From a virus (lineage: Duplodnaviria > Heunggongvirae > Uroviricota > Caudoviricetes): 64,000 bases of DNA. The position numbers were made by a program, and so were the translations under genes. The stretch covers positions 1 to 64,000 of the IMG/VR virus record IMGVR_UViG_3300045988_024527; one strand, given 5' to 3'. Positions 43,630-54,022 of the stretch are shown here, piece by piece. Within the stretch, counting starts at the first letter, position 1. Each line of letters starts with the position of its first letter. A model generated the notes under the pieces. It saw only the letters and a program-made list of their open reading frames with translations. It ran no database searches and was not told the DNA's origin.

Positions 43630-43885
43630 TAGTTATAAAAGAGAGGGGTTCACACCCTTCTTTGAAGAAAAAAGTTTAAATAAATTTCAGGAAGAGTGTT
43701 TGACAAAGATTGATAGGTTCTATAGAATGCTCCTCATGAAATGCGATGGGGAAGTTGAGGTAAAAGAAGATTTCCACCAGAGTATGATTACAGTCATCAT
43801 TGCGCTGCCTCAGCATAATATTAGTTGGCTGTTTATAATTAAAGAAAATGTGTTTGAATATCAAGTATATCGGAGAATATCATGA
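43604..43885 (+). CDS. hypothetical protein
   Basis: ORF-track frame 43592-43885; start uncertain, overlaps primase-helicase 3' end. Confidence 0.3.
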   Translation: MTAHSKLSDSYKREGFTPFFEEKSLNKFQEECLTKIDRFYRMLLMKCDGEVEVKEDFHQSMITVIIALPQHNISWLFIIKENVFEYQVYRRIS

Positions 43886-44031
43886 AACACTCTAAAGCAT
43901 TTGAAAAAGTTTTTGGGGATTCCTTAAAAGCCACTGCTGGAAAACCAGCAAAATACTATGAAGAAAAACGTGTAAGAACTGGAAAAACTGCACGTAAAGC
44001 AGCTTCTAAAGATAAGCACAACTTCCAGTAA
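43882..44031 (+). CDS. hypothetical small basic protein (49 aa)
   Basis: ATG 43882, stop 44029-44031; MKHSKAFEKVFGDSLKATAGKPAKYYEEKRVRTGKTARKAASKDKHNFQ; below ORF-track cutoff. Confidence 0.3.
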   Translation: MKHSKAFEKVFGDSLKATAGKPAKYYEEKRVRTGKTARKAASKDKHNFQ

Positions 44032-44038
44032 TTAGTAT

Positions 44039-44067
44039 TTGACAATAGAGTATCAACAAACTAGAAT
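44039..44067 (+). promoter_or_regulatory. sigma70-type promoter
   Basis: TTGACA 44039-44044, 17 bp spacer, TAGAAT 44062-44067; about 35 nt upstream of gene 44104. Confidence 0.55.
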
Positions 44068-44103
44068 TGGTACTCTTCATAAATTGAGATAGAGGTTTAA
44101 ATA

Positions 44104-44961
44104 ATGTCTAAAGTTGTTAAAATGAAAGCTCCGGTAGAGAAGTACAATGGTACTGAACGTCAAACTCTGCGTTACCTTCTGAAAGATGTATGGTTTTATT
44201 ACCTGAACACTTCACCACGTCCGGGGAAAGGTAAATCCATTGACAAGAAATTCCCAGGAAAAGACTGTAACTACAGCGTATCAATTCTGGCAGAAGACGG
44301 TAACAAACTGTTTAAAGAGTTTACTAAGTCTAAGAAAAATCCAGAAGGCTGGGATAAAGTCACTACTGAAGCAGTTGATGCAGACGACTTCGAAGAGAAG
44401 TTTGGTTGTAAACCACCTTTTGAAGCAGACACTTACTACATCTTGAAAGTAAGTCGTGCAGCAGCTTATAAAGATGGTGCTGTATGGACAGCTAAACAGT
44501 CATTCCCTGTTATGCTTATTGAAGAAGTAAATGGTAAGCGTGTAGCTGTTAAGCAGCCGATGAAGAAAATCAAAGCTCAAGCATCTGATAAACATGAAGA
44601 TGATAAGAACTATGATGTAATTCATCCAGATATTGCAGTTGGCAACGGTTCTTTTGGTAGTGTGATTCTTTCTACTCACTTCTACACTTTTGAGAACAAT
44701 GTTCTGACAAAACCTATTCAGGAACAGTTTATCATTGATACTCTTGTACCTTACACTGGTGGTAACGGTGCTAACGGTGAACCTGAACTGGATGAAGATG
44801 AACTGGCTATGCTTGGTCTTGATGGTGTTGAAGATAACGGTGAAATCACTGAAGAAGACGCAACAGACCACAAACCTTCGAATAATTCTGATGATGGTGA
44901 CGATGAAGACTTGCCAGACCCAGATGACGAAGAAGATGAAGACTTCGATACAGAAGACTAA
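44104..44961 (+). CDS. putative single-stranded DNA-binding protein (acidic C-terminal tail)
   Basis: 285 aa with C-terminus DDGDDEDLPDPDDEEDEDFDTED as in phage SSBs; in replication cluster; not verified. Confidence 0.4.
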   Translation: MSKVVKMKAPVEKYNGTERQTLRYLLKDVWFYYLNTSPRPGKGKSIDKKFPGKDCNYSVSILAEDGNKLFKEFTKSKKNPEGWDKVTTEAVDADDFEEKFGCKPPFEADTYYILKVSRAAAYKDGAVWTAKQSFPVMLIEEVNGKRVAVKQPMKKIKAQASDKHEDDKNYDVIHPDIAVGNGSFGSVILSTHFYTFENNVLTKPIQEQFIIDTLVPYTGGNGANGEPELDEDELAMLGLDGVEDNGEITEEDATDHKPSNNSDDGDDEDLPDPDDEEDEDFDTED

Positions 44962-44980
44962 TCTCTAAAAGTTACTTTAA

Positions 44981-45007
44981 AGCCCTGTACTTAGTATGGG
45001 GCTTTTT
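44981..45007 (+). terminator. rho-independent terminator
   Basis: Stem agccc/gggct with T-run 45003-45007. Confidence 0.5.
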
Positions 45008-45023
45008 CATATGGAGAGCCATA

Positions 45024-46070
45024 ATGGAGAAGTACACATTAACAAAACTTCCCGATTCAGTTACACATGTCTTTATTGACTCTGACAGTATTGCCTATAA
45101 AGGTGCTTGTGTAGTTGAGAAAGCAAAATATAAATACGTCAATAAACTCACAGCAGAAGAATCTGAGCCATTTGATAATGCGAAAGATGCTGCAAGATGG
45201 TTAGCAGACCAGAGAATCCTTGTGGAAGAGCTTGGCCTGACATTTGATGAAGATGAATGGGAAAGACAGACTTGGAAAGAAGCGAAGAGTGAAAAAGAAG
45301 CTATCATGGCTACTCAACAGGTGCTTCAGGAATGGCTTAAGGTTGTTGGTAAAGAGAGAACTTGGGTAGGTTACTTAACAGAGAAAGGTGTGCATAAACA
45401 CAAAGACATTAAAGGTCTTGAGCACCAATATCAAGGTAACCGCAAAGATGCTGTCACACCAACACACTTAGTTGCTTGTCGTGAGTATCTTCTGTCAAGA
45501 CCAGAGTTCAAATTAATTCTTGATGGATTTGAAGCTGACTCTATCGTTATTGCTAAAGCTGAAAAGATGGGAAAAAAGGCTGCCTTAATGAGTATTGATA
45601 AAGACCTTCGCCAAGCTGAAGGGACTTACTGTATTGATATGACCTATGAAAAGTCGCCTTTGATTTTCATTGCTGATAACAATGTTGGTGAAATTTGGGA
45701 TTGTCCAATAAAATCGACACCAAAAGCTAAGAAGACAGTTGGGGTAGGTTTTAAATTTCTTTGTTACCAAGCTGTGGCTGGTGATAATGCGGATAATTAT
45801 TTTGGTTTAAAGGGTGTTGGTAAGGTTACTATAATGAAAGCCCTTGAAGGTAAAACCACCTACAAAGAGTGTCTTGATGCAATTTATGAACTTTATGCTA
45901 AGAAAGAGTCATACACTTATGTCTCGTGGGATGGTCAAACAATTACCAGAACACCTTTAGAGTTAATGCAGCAACACTTTTTCTTAGCTTATCAGGAAAG
46001 AAACAAGAAAGATGATTTCACTTTTGATAAGTATGGATGGACACCAAATGTTAACCCAACAAACTCTTAA
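45024..46070 (+). CDS. 5'-3' exonuclease / flap endonuclease (RNase H-like)
   Basis: Acidic motifs DSDSIAYKG, DGFEADSIV, DKDLRQ and H3TH-like AVAGDNADNYFGLKGVGKVT. Confidence 0.7.
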   Translation: MEKYTLTKLPDSVTHVFIDSDSIAYKGACVVEKAKYKYVNKLTAEESEPFDNAKDAARWLADQRILVEELGLTFDEDEWERQTWKEAKSEKEAIMATQQVLQEWLKVVGKERTWVGYLTEKGVHKHKDIKGLEHQYQGNRKDAVTPTHLVACREYLLSRPEFKLILDGFEADSIVIAKAEKMGKKAALMSIDKDLRQAEGTYCIDMTYEKSPLIFIADNNVGEIWDCPIKSTPKAKKTVGVGFKFLCYQAVAGDNADNYFGLKGVGKVTIMKALEGKTTYKECLDAIYELYAKKESYTYVSWDGQTITRTPLELMQQHFFLAYQERNKKDDFTFDKYGWTPNVNPTNS

Positions 46071-46539
46071 AGAATACCTACACTATGACCCCGAAACAGG
46101 GGTCTTTACTTGGATTAAGAAGTCTGCTAGACACACAAAAATTGGCTCTGTTGCAGGTACAAACTTAAGAGGGTACACCAGAATTTATTTGTTTGGTAAG
46201 GGTTATTATGCACATACTCTAGCTGTTCTGTATATGGATGGATACCTACCTGAGTGTGTTGACCATAAAAATCATGTAACACTAGACAATCGATGGGTAA
46301 ACCTTAGGGCATGTACATTATCAGAGAACCAATGCAATAGGTTGCTCAATAAGAACAATAAATCAGGTGTTAAAGGTGTGTACTACAAAAAACAGTATGG
46401 TAAGTGGTCTACACAGATAACTTTTAAGAAGAAAGTTTACTTCTTCGGAAACTATGACACTATTGATGAAGCAGCAGAGGTTGTAAATAGGGAACGCCAA
46501 CGTTTACACAAAGAGTTTGCTAATAAAGGTGATGAATGA
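46036..46539 (+). CDS. HNH homing endonuclease with AP2-like domain
   Basis: LKEYLHYDPETGVFTW ... HTLAVLYMDGYLPECVDHKNHVTLDNRWVNLR ... SGVKGVYYKKQYGKWSTQITFKKKVYFFG; start uncertain (track 46012). Confidence 0.7.
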   Translation, partial: DGHQMLTQQTLKEYLHYDPETGVFTWIKKSARHTKIGSVAGTNLRGYTRIYLFGKGYYAHTLAVLYMDGYLPECVDHKNHVTLDNRWVNLRACTLSENQCNRLLNKNNKSGVKGVYYKKQYGKWSTQITFKKKVYFFGNYDTIDEAAEVVNRERQRLHKEFANKGDE

Positions 46540-47036
46540 GAAAAATAAAAGGTTTTGGCAATTGCCCTGAATATGGACATTGGGTTTCACTATGTGGTGA
46601 AGTTGACCCAGCAAAGCACTTTGGTTTTGTCTACCTAGTGTACTGCAAAAAGACTGGACAGTACTACTTGGGTAAAAAACAGCTTAATAGTGTGACCAAA
46701 AGAAAAGTTGCTGGTAAGACTCGGAAGAAGGTAGTCACTAAGGAAAGTGATTGGATGACTTACGAGACTTCTTCTGAGTATATCAAAAAAGATATTGAAA
46801 GCTTTGGAAAAGAATCTTTTGACTTTTATATTATTCAAACCTACTACACAAAAGGTGGCCTAGTTTATGGTGAAGCAAACCTTCAACATAAGTTCGATGT
46901 AATGACAAAAAGGATTGACTCGAAGCTCAGACTCTTCTACAATGCCAATATTGCAGCAATTAAGTTTATTACTAAAGAAACTTATGAAGATGCTGAAAAA
47001 AGAATCCATAAGGTAATGAAAGCAAATTGTGCTTGA
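46536..47036 (+). CDS. GIY-YIG-like endonuclease
   Basis: GFVYLVYCKKTGQYYLGKKQ resembles the GIY-(10-11)-YIG motif; directly downstream of HNH gene. Confidence 0.5.
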   Translation: MRKIKGFGNCPEYGHWVSLCGEVDPAKHFGFVYLVYCKKTGQYYLGKKQLNSVTKRKVAGKTRKKVVTKESDWMTYETSSEYIKKDIESFGKESFDFYIIQTYYTKGGLVYGEANLQHKFDVMTKRIDSKLRLFYNANIAAIKFITKETYEDAEKRIHKVMKANCA

Positions 47037-47042
47037 TAACTA

Positions 47043-47306
47043 TTGAGAGAGAATAAAATGTTTAACAAAAGTAAAGCTGTGAGCCATGTAGCAAAAGTTG
47101 ACAGCAAGATTGAAGAACTTGAGCGCATTCTTGCAAATGCTAAAGAGTCAATAATTAAAGAAGTTGAAGCTGTTGAATCTCAAATGCAGCACCTAATGCT
47201 TAAACGCCAAGAGCTACGTGAGCATCTAGAATATATTGAAACACGAGAGCTAAAAGTTAACAGATATTTTAAGGAGTCCGAATGTTTAACTCAAGAGAAT
47301 CAGTAA
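47043..47306 (+). CDS. hypothetical coiled-coil protein (87 aa)
   Basis: ORF track. Confidence 0.35.
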   Translation: MRENKMFNKSKAVSHVAKVDSKIEELERILANAKESIIKEVEAVESQMQHLMLKRQELREHLEYIETRELKVNRYFKESECLTQENQ

Positions 47307-48037
47307 AAAACTGGAACCTTCGTTGTGGAAACACTCAAAAACAACCTTACAGTAATGAGTATTGGGAATCTTTAAAATCTCAATCTCTGTGTATGCTTGA
47401 AGAAGCAAAAGAGCTTGTAAAAGCAATTGAAGAGAAAGACCCCATTGAGACACTGGATGCTCAGGCAGATTTGCAATATGTTCTTGACGGTTTGATTTAC
47501 CTGTCACAGCATGACCATAACGGTGCTATGAAAGCTGTTTGCCATAATAATGACCTGAAGTACACAGATAACTATGAAGAAGCTTTAAAACGTCTTGCAG
47601 ACATTGAAAAGCGTACTGGTCAAGAGTGTATTATCAGAATGTCAGTAGTTGATGGTAAAGAGTGGTATGCAATTGTTCGTGCAGCAGATGGGAAGATTAT
47701 GAAGCAATCGAATCTCCCTAAAGTACAGCTTGGTGAATACATTGTAGAACTTGAAAGCCAAGAACTTTTTGTGGTAGTATCTGAGACATGCGTTATCTGC
47801 AAAGGTCTTGTAGGTAGCTTAAAGGATTTGGGTGTAGATGGTTTTGTAGAAGTTAATCCAATTACCTCTAAAGCAGATAAAGACTTCTGTAAAGAGAATG
47901 GACTATGGATTGCAGATATTGTCTACTATGATGGTGAGCAGTTCCATGTAACCTCATACCCGAAACTGAATTATGATGCTAATAACCTGAAGTGCTGGTT
48001 AAAAGGGGTTGGTTATAATGGATTCACAGAACATTAA
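47282..48037 (+). CDS. MazG-like NTP pyrophosphohydrolase domain fused to unknown C-terminal domain
   Basis: N-terminal LEEAKELVKAIEEKDPIETLDAQADLQYVLDGLIY fits the all-alpha EExxE...D pattern; about 150 aa C-terminal region unrecognised. Confidence 0.4.
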   Translation: MFNSRESVKNWNLRCGNTQKQPYSNEYWESLKSQSLCMLEEAKELVKAIEEKDPIETLDAQADLQYVLDGLIYLSQHDHNGAMKAVCHNNDLKYTDNYEEALKRLADIEKRTGQECIIRMSVVDGKEWYAIVRAADGKIMKQSNLPKVQLGEYIVELESQELFVVVSETCVICKGLVGSLKDLGVDGFVEVNPITSKADKDFCKENGLWIADIVYYDGEQFHVTSYPKLNYDANNLKCWLKGVGYNGFTEH

Positions 48038-48341
48038 TAAAGAGGGTGTGGCTCAGAAGAGCCACTTCTCAAACTACAATATTTCTATGACGGTGTTTAT
48101 GAATGACCCGTTACTTGAAAAGTATGGTGAGACTCCAGATACACTTCTGGACAATGAACAAGTTTTAAAAGCAGTCCTGTACAAATACGGGATTGATATT
48201 GAGAAAGAATATTCTTTTGAAATCTGCCAACACAGAAATACTTTCGGTAAAGTCGTGATGGCTCCCCTCTTTATGGGTGTAGAAAGAACTGACGATGGTT
48301 GGTGGTATCTAAAAAGAAACTTGGAGAAATACCGTGTCTAA
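48009..48341 (+). CDS. hypothetical protein (110 aa)
   Basis: ORF track. Confidence 0.4.
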   Translation: MVIMDSQNINKEGVAQKSHFSNYNISMTVFMNDPLLEKYGETPDTLLDNEQVLKAVLYKYGIDIEKEYSFEICQHRNTFGKVVMAPLFMGVERTDDGWWYLKRNLEKYRV

Positions 48342-48672
48342 AGCAAAAAAGCTATCTTATGATGACATTATCTCAGGTGCTAAATTAGGTGTTGATAGTA
48401 TCGGACAAGATGTTAAGCACGGAGACACAGTTATGTACTGTGATGACCAAAGAGGGAGAAGTGCAATCTTGTTTGGAAGAATTGTTTGCAAGATGCGAGG
48501 CAATTACGTTGTTGCAGACATGGATGTGAATGTTACACAAAAACTTGAAACACTTATGGATGATAATACATCATCATGGTTCTCCCTGAATTGTATGCAC
48601 ACTTCTTCAGTCACAAAAGTAAGTGATAAGTTTTACGATATGTGGCAGAATGAGCAAATTTTCAAGATTTAA
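48334..48672 (+). CDS. hypothetical protein (112 aa)
   Basis: ORF track. Confidence 0.4.
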   Translation: MSKAKKLSYDDIISGAKLGVDSIGQDVKHGDTVMYCDDQRGRSAILFGRIVCKMRGNYVVADMDVNVTQKLETLMDDNTSSWFSLNCMHTSSVTKVSDKFYDMWQNEQIFKI

Positions 48673-48678
48673 ACTAGG

Positions 48679-48700
48679 GAGCCTCTTCGGAGGCTCTTTT
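48679..48700 (+). terminator. rho-independent terminator
   Basis: gagcctc-ttcg-gaggctc followed by tttt. Confidence 0.6.
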
Positions 48701-48718
48701 CATCTGTAGGATTCAAAA

Positions 48719-50953
48719 ATGATTAAGACAATTAAAAAATCAAATGGTACAGTAGTAAACTTTGACCCAGAAAGACTGAATAAGTGGGCATCATGGGCAG
48801 ATAAGCGTGGAATTATCTGGTCAGAAGTCACTATGGAAGCTATGAAACGTGTCTATGAGGGTTGCACTACAAAAGAGATGCACCAAGCCATGATTGATGT
48901 TTGTGTTGATAAACAAACTCAAGAGTACTCAGATATGGCTGGGCGGCTACTTCTGGGGATTATCTACAAAGAAGCCTTTGGAGGCTTTACTAAGGTTCCT
49001 ACGCTGGTTACCTTCGTTAAAAACATGGAGAGAGCAGGACTTTGGGAGAAGATGGATTATTCACAGGAAGAGCTTGAATACCTGCAAGGTTACATCGTAC
49101 ACTCAAAAGATATCTCTTACGGTTATGCAGTCTTGAAACAGTTCAGAGACAAGTATGGTATCCGTGATATTAAAACGGGAAGACTGTTTGAGTCACCACA
49201 ATTTATGTTTATGGGTATGGCTATGAAAGCCTTTGAGAAGCAACCAAAGCACCGTAGACTGCAAGATGTTATCAAGCTGTACACTTACCTATCTGACCTG
49301 AAGATTAACGCTCCTACACCTTATTTAAACGGTTTAAGAGCAACTAAATCAGGCTATGCGTCATGCTGTTTGATTAAGGCAAATGACACTGCCGAATCTC
49401 TCGGTATTGCTGCAAAGGTTGCTTATGATATGACCACAAAGCAAGCTGGTATTGGTATGCTGATGGAGACACGTACTATTGGTGATGGTATCCGTCAAAA
49501 TACGATTGAGCACATGGGTAAGCTACCTTATTACAAGCTTGTACGTTCATCTGTAGAGGCAAACAAACAGAAGAGTCGTGGTGGTTCAGCTAATAACTTC
49601 TACACTGCTCTAGACCCGCAGATTGAAGATTTACTGCGTTTGAAGCACCCTACAACGGTTCCTTCTAAACGTATTAATGAGATGGACTACTCATTCGGCA
49701 CAAACGATTATTTCTGGCAGTGTGTTCAGTATGATACAGATTGGTTGCTATTCTCTTACAAAGATGCACCAAAACTCTATGACATGTTCTACACAGCATC
49801 TGCTGATGAGTTTGCTATGGCAGTTGGTCACGCAGTACATTCAGGAGTTAAGCACAGACGAGTCAAGGCTCGTGAAATTGCTAAGCTGTTTATTCAACAG
49901 CGTTATGCTACAGGTCGTGTGTATCCATTCTTCACTAACAATGCAAACACACATACACCATTTAAAGAACCATTGAAGATGTCAAATCTTTGTATGGAAA
50001 TTGTGTTGCCAGTGTATGGTTTTGAGAAAGAGACAGACCTTTACAGAGATGATGCTGTGAAAGAGGATGGTGAGGTGGCTCTTTGCTTCCTAGCTAGTTT
50101 GGTTGCAGGGAGAATTTCAGAAGATGAATACGCTGACGTTGCTTATTATGCTCTTGCAATGGTTGACTCCGTTATTGACCTTATGGATTATCCGTATCCG
50201 TCGATGCGTAACCATGTTCAGAAGCGTCGTTCTGTTGGGATTGGCCTTACAAATGTGGCTCATTACCTTGCGAAGAACTACGTGAACTACTCTTCACGAG
50301 CAGGTAAAACGAAACTTCATGAACTTGCAGAGATGCACTCTTACTATCTGCATGAAGCCTCTCTGAGACTTGCTAAAGAGCGTGGCGTTCCAGAGTACAT
50401 GAAGTTCACTAAGTATCCTGAAGGCTGGGTTCCTCCAAAGACAGCTAACAAGAAGATTGATGAAAAGCATGATGCAAAACTACGATATGATTGGGATGAC
50501 TTAGCACAACGTATCAAAGAAAATGGTGGAATCCGAAACTCTGTATTAGAAGCTTACATGCCTAATGAGAGTTCTTCACTAGCAACTAATACGACAAATG
50601 GCTTGTACCCAATTCGTGACTTTATTTTAACTAAAAAATCTGCAACTGGTAACGTACTGTTTATTGTTCCAGATTATGAAGAGTTGAAGTATGTCTATGA
50701 GATTGCTTGGGATATTGACACCTTTGATATGATTGATTGTTATGCAATTGTTCAAAAGTTCACTGGTCAAGCTATCTCTTCAGACTTCTATGTTGACTAT
50801 GCAAAGTCTAAGAAGGTATCATTGGCTCAAGCTTTGAAGTACATGATTTATGCCAACTTGGTAGGTATGAAAACCATGTACTACCTTAACAGTCGCATTG
50901 GTGTAGGTAAATCTGCACTGCAAGATGCTTATTGCGAGGGTTGTGGTGTTTAG
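48719..50953 (+). CDS. nrdA: ribonucleotide reductase class I large subunit
   Basis: 744 aa; N-terminal ATP-cone-like KKSNGTVVNFDPERLNKW; active-site region PFKEPLKMSNLCMEIVLP; C-terminal CEGCGV. Confidence 0.85.
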   Translation: MIKTIKKSNGTVVNFDPERLNKWASWADKRGIIWSEVTMEAMKRVYEGCTTKEMHQAMIDVCVDKQTQEYSDMAGRLLLGIIYKEAFGGFTKVPTLVTFVKNMERAGLWEKMDYSQEELEYLQGYIVHSKDISYGYAVLKQFRDKYGIRDIKTGRLFESPQFMFMGMAMKAFEKQPKHRRLQDVIKLYTYLSDLKINAPTPYLNGLRATKSGYASCCLIKANDTAESLGIAAKVAYDMTTKQAGIGMLMETRTIGDGIRQNTIEHMGKLPYYKLVRSSVEANKQKSRGGSANNFYTALDPQIEDLLRLKHPTTVPSKRINEMDYSFGTNDYFWQCVQYDTDWLLFSYKDAPKLYDMFYTASADEFAMAVGHAVHSGVKHRRVKAREIAKLFIQQRYATGRVYPFFTNNANTHTPFKEPLKMSNLCMEIVLPVYGFEKETDLYRDDAVKEDGEVALCFLASLVAGRISEDEYADVAYYALAMVDSVIDLMDYPYPSMRNHVQKRRSVGIGLTNVAHYLAKNYVNYSSRAGKTKLHELAEMHSYYLHEASLRLAKERGVPEYMKFTKYPEGWVPPKTANKKIDEKHDAKLRYDWDDLAQRIKENGGIRNSVLEAYMPNESSSLATNTTNGLYPIRDFILTKKSATGNVLFIVPDYEELKYVYEIAWDIDTFDMIDCYAIVQKFTGQAISSDFYVDYAKSKKVSLAQALKYMIYANLVGMKTMYYLNSRIGVGKSALQDAYCEGCGV

Positions 50954-51008
50954 TTTTAACAACTATGAGGGTCGTAAAAGACCCTCTAAAAATAACTTTG
51001 GAGAGACC

Positions 51009-51266
51009 ATGAAAGATTTAATAGAAAAACATGAGCGACCTATATACTTGCTCCACAAGCCTCGGAAAACGATGTACTATGTGAGTAGCACAGACATGAT
51101 GATAAAACAAAATGATGACTCATGGGTTGCTGGTATCTCTTACATCTCTATAGCAGATGGTAAAATCTACGCAAGACCTTATGAGATGTTTAACAAAGAG
51201 AATTGGGAAGTTTTAGACAGAAAACAAGCCTTAGAAATGATAAAGAAAGGAGAAATCACGCTATGA
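51009..51266 (+). CDS. hypothetical protein between nrdA and nrdB
   Basis: ORF-track frame 50925-51266; start moved to ATG 51009 with ggagag SD; stop overlaps nrdB ATG. Confidence 0.35.
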   Translation: MKDLIEKHERPIYLLHKPRKTMYYVSSTDMMIKQNDDSWVAGISYISIADGKIYARPYEMFNKENWEVLDRKQALEMIKKGEITL

Positions 51267-52336
51267 TTAACCAGCACCCAATCTTTTTAGGTGGTGAGAG
51301 AAAAACTTTTGACTCACTTAATAAGCACTACCCAAAAATCTTCGAACTTTATAAACAACAAAAAGCACAAGACTGGTCAGAAGATGAGTTCCCTTTTGAA
51401 CAATCACGTCTTGATTTTGAGAGTGTCCCAGCATCAATGTCAGGGGTAATGCTTGAGATTCTTAAGTGGCAGTGGGAAGCAGATACTCAAGTCGCTAAAA
51501 GTTTAGCGTTTGCCTTTGCACCATTCATCTCCGATGACATCTATGCGACTGCAATTATGAAGCAGTCTGAGATTGAAAACCTACATGCTCTTACTTACTC
51601 AGAGATTGTAAGGCAATGTATTAAAAACCCTGAAACAATCTTAGATGAGATTAACCAGAATGTTGCTGTACAAGACCGATTAAAAACTGTGAATCGTGTT
51701 CTTGAAGAATTACTGGATGAAGGTATAAACTATCGTCTGAGTTATGTGCGTGACTCACTTCTGGACAAAGACCCTTTACACTTCCATAAAGTGATTCTAA
51801 AAGGTCTATTTGCAGTGACTGCACTTGAAGGTATTTCTTTTATGGCATCTTTTGCATGTACTTTTGCACTTGATGCTCAAGATAAATTTCAAGGTATTGC
51901 TCAAGCTGTACAGAAAATTATGCTTGACGAAATCCTTCACACTAAAATTGATATTGAAGTTTTAAAAGAAACTTTAAGAGATGATGAGTGGCAAAAAGCT
52001 TTCCAACAAATTCTTCCAGAGATTAAAGTAATCTTAGATGAAGTAGTTGAAAGTGAAGAGAAATGGTCGTATTATATCTTCTCCGAAGGACGTGCTGTAG
52101 TTGGGTTAAATACAAAGCTTCTTCATGAGTGGGTTTACTATAATGCTGCCCCACTGTATGATATGTTTGGCATTCCCAGAGATTTTGTAGCTCCTAAAGA
52201 ACCACCTTTGAAGTATATGATTAAGAAGATGGAAATTGATAAAGAGCAGAATGCTAATCAGGAGCAACAGAACGGTGCGTATTTATTGAATACTGTTGTA
52301 GATGATTTGAATAGTGGATTTTTAGAGGTTCCTTAA
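51263..52336 (+). CDS. nrdB: ribonucleotide reductase class I small subunit
   Basis: Start at ATG 51263 (aaggag SD); ferritin-like helices with E/H ligands (SEIVRQC, MLDEILH); follows nrdA. Confidence 0.75.
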   Translation: MINQHPIFLGGERKTFDSLNKHYPKIFELYKQQKAQDWSEDEFPFEQSRLDFESVPASMSGVMLEILKWQWEADTQVAKSLAFAFAPFISDDIYATAIMKQSEIENLHALTYSEIVRQCIKNPETILDEINQNVAVQDRLKTVNRVLEELLDEGINYRLSYVRDSLLDKDPLHFHKVILKGLFAVTALEGISFMASFACTFALDAQDKFQGIAQAVQKIMLDEILHTKIDIEVLKETLRDDEWQKAFQQILPEIKVILDEVVESEEKWSYYIFSEGRAVVGLNTKLLHEWVYYNAAPLYDMFGIPRDFVAPKEPPLKYMIKKMEIDKEQNANQEQQNGAYLLNTVVDDLNSGFLEVP

Positions 52337-52578
52337 TGACTTATGTAATTTACTCCAAAACTGGATGCCCTCAGTGTGAGACTGCAAAGAATTTTGCGAA
52401 AGCTCGTGGTATTGACCATGTTGTGAGAATGTTAGGGCAGGATTATGAACTGCCAGACCTGATGGATATTGCACAGATGCCAGTTCGTCAGATGCCATTC
52501 ATCATGAAAACTGACGGTCAAAACCTAAAACCTGTTGGAACGCTACAGAATTTTATGGCAGAGGTGAATAATGCTTAA
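52336..52578 (+). CDS. nrdH: glutaredoxin-like protein (NrdH-type)
   Basis: 80 aa, N-terminal YVIYSKTGCPQCETAKNF (CxxC redox motif), coupled to nrdB. Confidence 0.6.
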   Translation: MTYVIYSKTGCPQCETAKNFAKARGIDHVVRMLGQDYELPDLMDIAQMPVRQMPFIMKTDGQNLKPVGTLQNFMAEVNNA

Positions 52579-52777
52579 ACGCATTTTGGAAGGTTTTGTT
52601 GTTGATGCACCAGTGATTGTGATTGGTATGTTGATTGTTAACCTATTTACTGACTTTGAACAAGGTTCATTGTTTGGAGCCATGTTACTATGGGTTATCT
52701 TCGAAATATTAGAGATACAGCTAGGCATCAATGAAAAACTAAGAAAACTCGTTTCAAAGTTTTCTAAAAAGATTTAA
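52571..52777 (+). CDS. hypothetical small membrane protein
   Basis: 68 aa, hydrophobic. Confidence 0.3.
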   Translation: MLKRILEGFVVDAPVIVIGMLIVNLFTDFEQGSLFGAMLLWVIFEILEIQLGINEKLRKLVSKFSKKI

Positions 52778-52784
52778 AATGAAA

Positions 52785-52806
52785 GGGTCTCTTCGGAGAC
52801 CTTTTT
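52785..52806 (+). terminator. rho-independent terminator
   Basis: gggtctc-ttcg-gagaccc (one G-U) followed by ttttt. Confidence 0.6.
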
Positions 52807-52825
52807 AGCATGTAAAGGGGCAATA

Positions 52826-54022
52826 ATGAACAAAGTACAGATTATTAAAAAGAATGGCTCACTTGAAGAACCTGATATCAAAAAAGTTTTAGCAGCAGTA
52901 ACTAAGTCAGCTAACAGAGTTGGATATAAAGAACTCCCACCAGATGTTACCCAAGCTCTTGAGTCAGCATTTATGAGGATTCTGGTAAAGTCCACTAAGC
53001 AGAATAATTTACTCATCTCAGTCAATGATATCCACAGCATTGTTGAGGGTGCTTTGGCAGAAGTCAATCACGAGATTTATGAGTCTTACTCAACATATAG
53101 AAATTACCGGAAAGAGGTTGCTCAAAATTGGGATGAGCTTTACCAAAAGACTAGAGACACGCTCTTCTTAGGTGACCGTGAAAACGCTAACTTTGACAGC
53201 AGTTTAATTTCTACAAAAGGTTCAATTATTCGTGGTTATCTGACTAAAGAAATCTTTAAACAGTACCATTTAACACCAGAGGAACTTGAAGCCATTGAAA
53301 AAGGGTTTATCTATATCCATGATTTAAGAGACCTAATTTTTGGTGGTATCAACTGTTGCCTGTTTGACATTGGTAAAGTACTGAAAGGTGGCTTTGAAAT
53401 GTCTGGCATCGAATACTGTGAACCGAAGTCTGTGCTGTCAGCCTTACAGGTTATTGGTGATGTAGTTCTTTCAGCAACTGCACAGCAATTTGGTGGCTTT
53501 ACTTTAGCAGAGATTGATAAGGTACTTGTACCGTATGCTAAGAAGTCTCTACGCTATCATGCTGAGAAAGCAGCATCTTACGGTATTCCTAAAGAACATT
53601 ACCACAATTATGTCATGGAGCAGCTACAGATTGAACTGACTCAAGGTTTCCAGTCACTTGAAATGAAACTAAACACTGTACCTTGTAGTCGTGGGGATTT
53701 TGCATTTACAACTTTGACATTTGGGTTACTTGACTCAGATATGTCTAATGAAGATAATCGACTGCAATACATGATTGCAAGTACTCTCCTAGATGTTCGT
53801 ATGAATGGACAAGGTAAGAGCAAGAAGCCTGTTGTATTCCCTAAACTGGTTTATATTTATGACCAGAAGAGACACGATGAGAATATCTGTCAAGGACACC
53901 TGTACAGTAAAGCCATTGAGTGTTGCTCTAAAGCGATGTATCCAGATTTCTTAAGTGTATCTGGTCATGGTGCTGTAGCAGAGGCTTTTGAGCGTTCTGG
54001 TAAGGTTATTTCACCGATGGGT
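52826..54022 (+). CDS. nrdD: anaerobic ribonucleotide reductase, exon 1
   Basis: 399 codons ending ...ERSGKVISPMG; reading frame hits stop 3 nt into the proposed intron. Confidence 0.8.
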
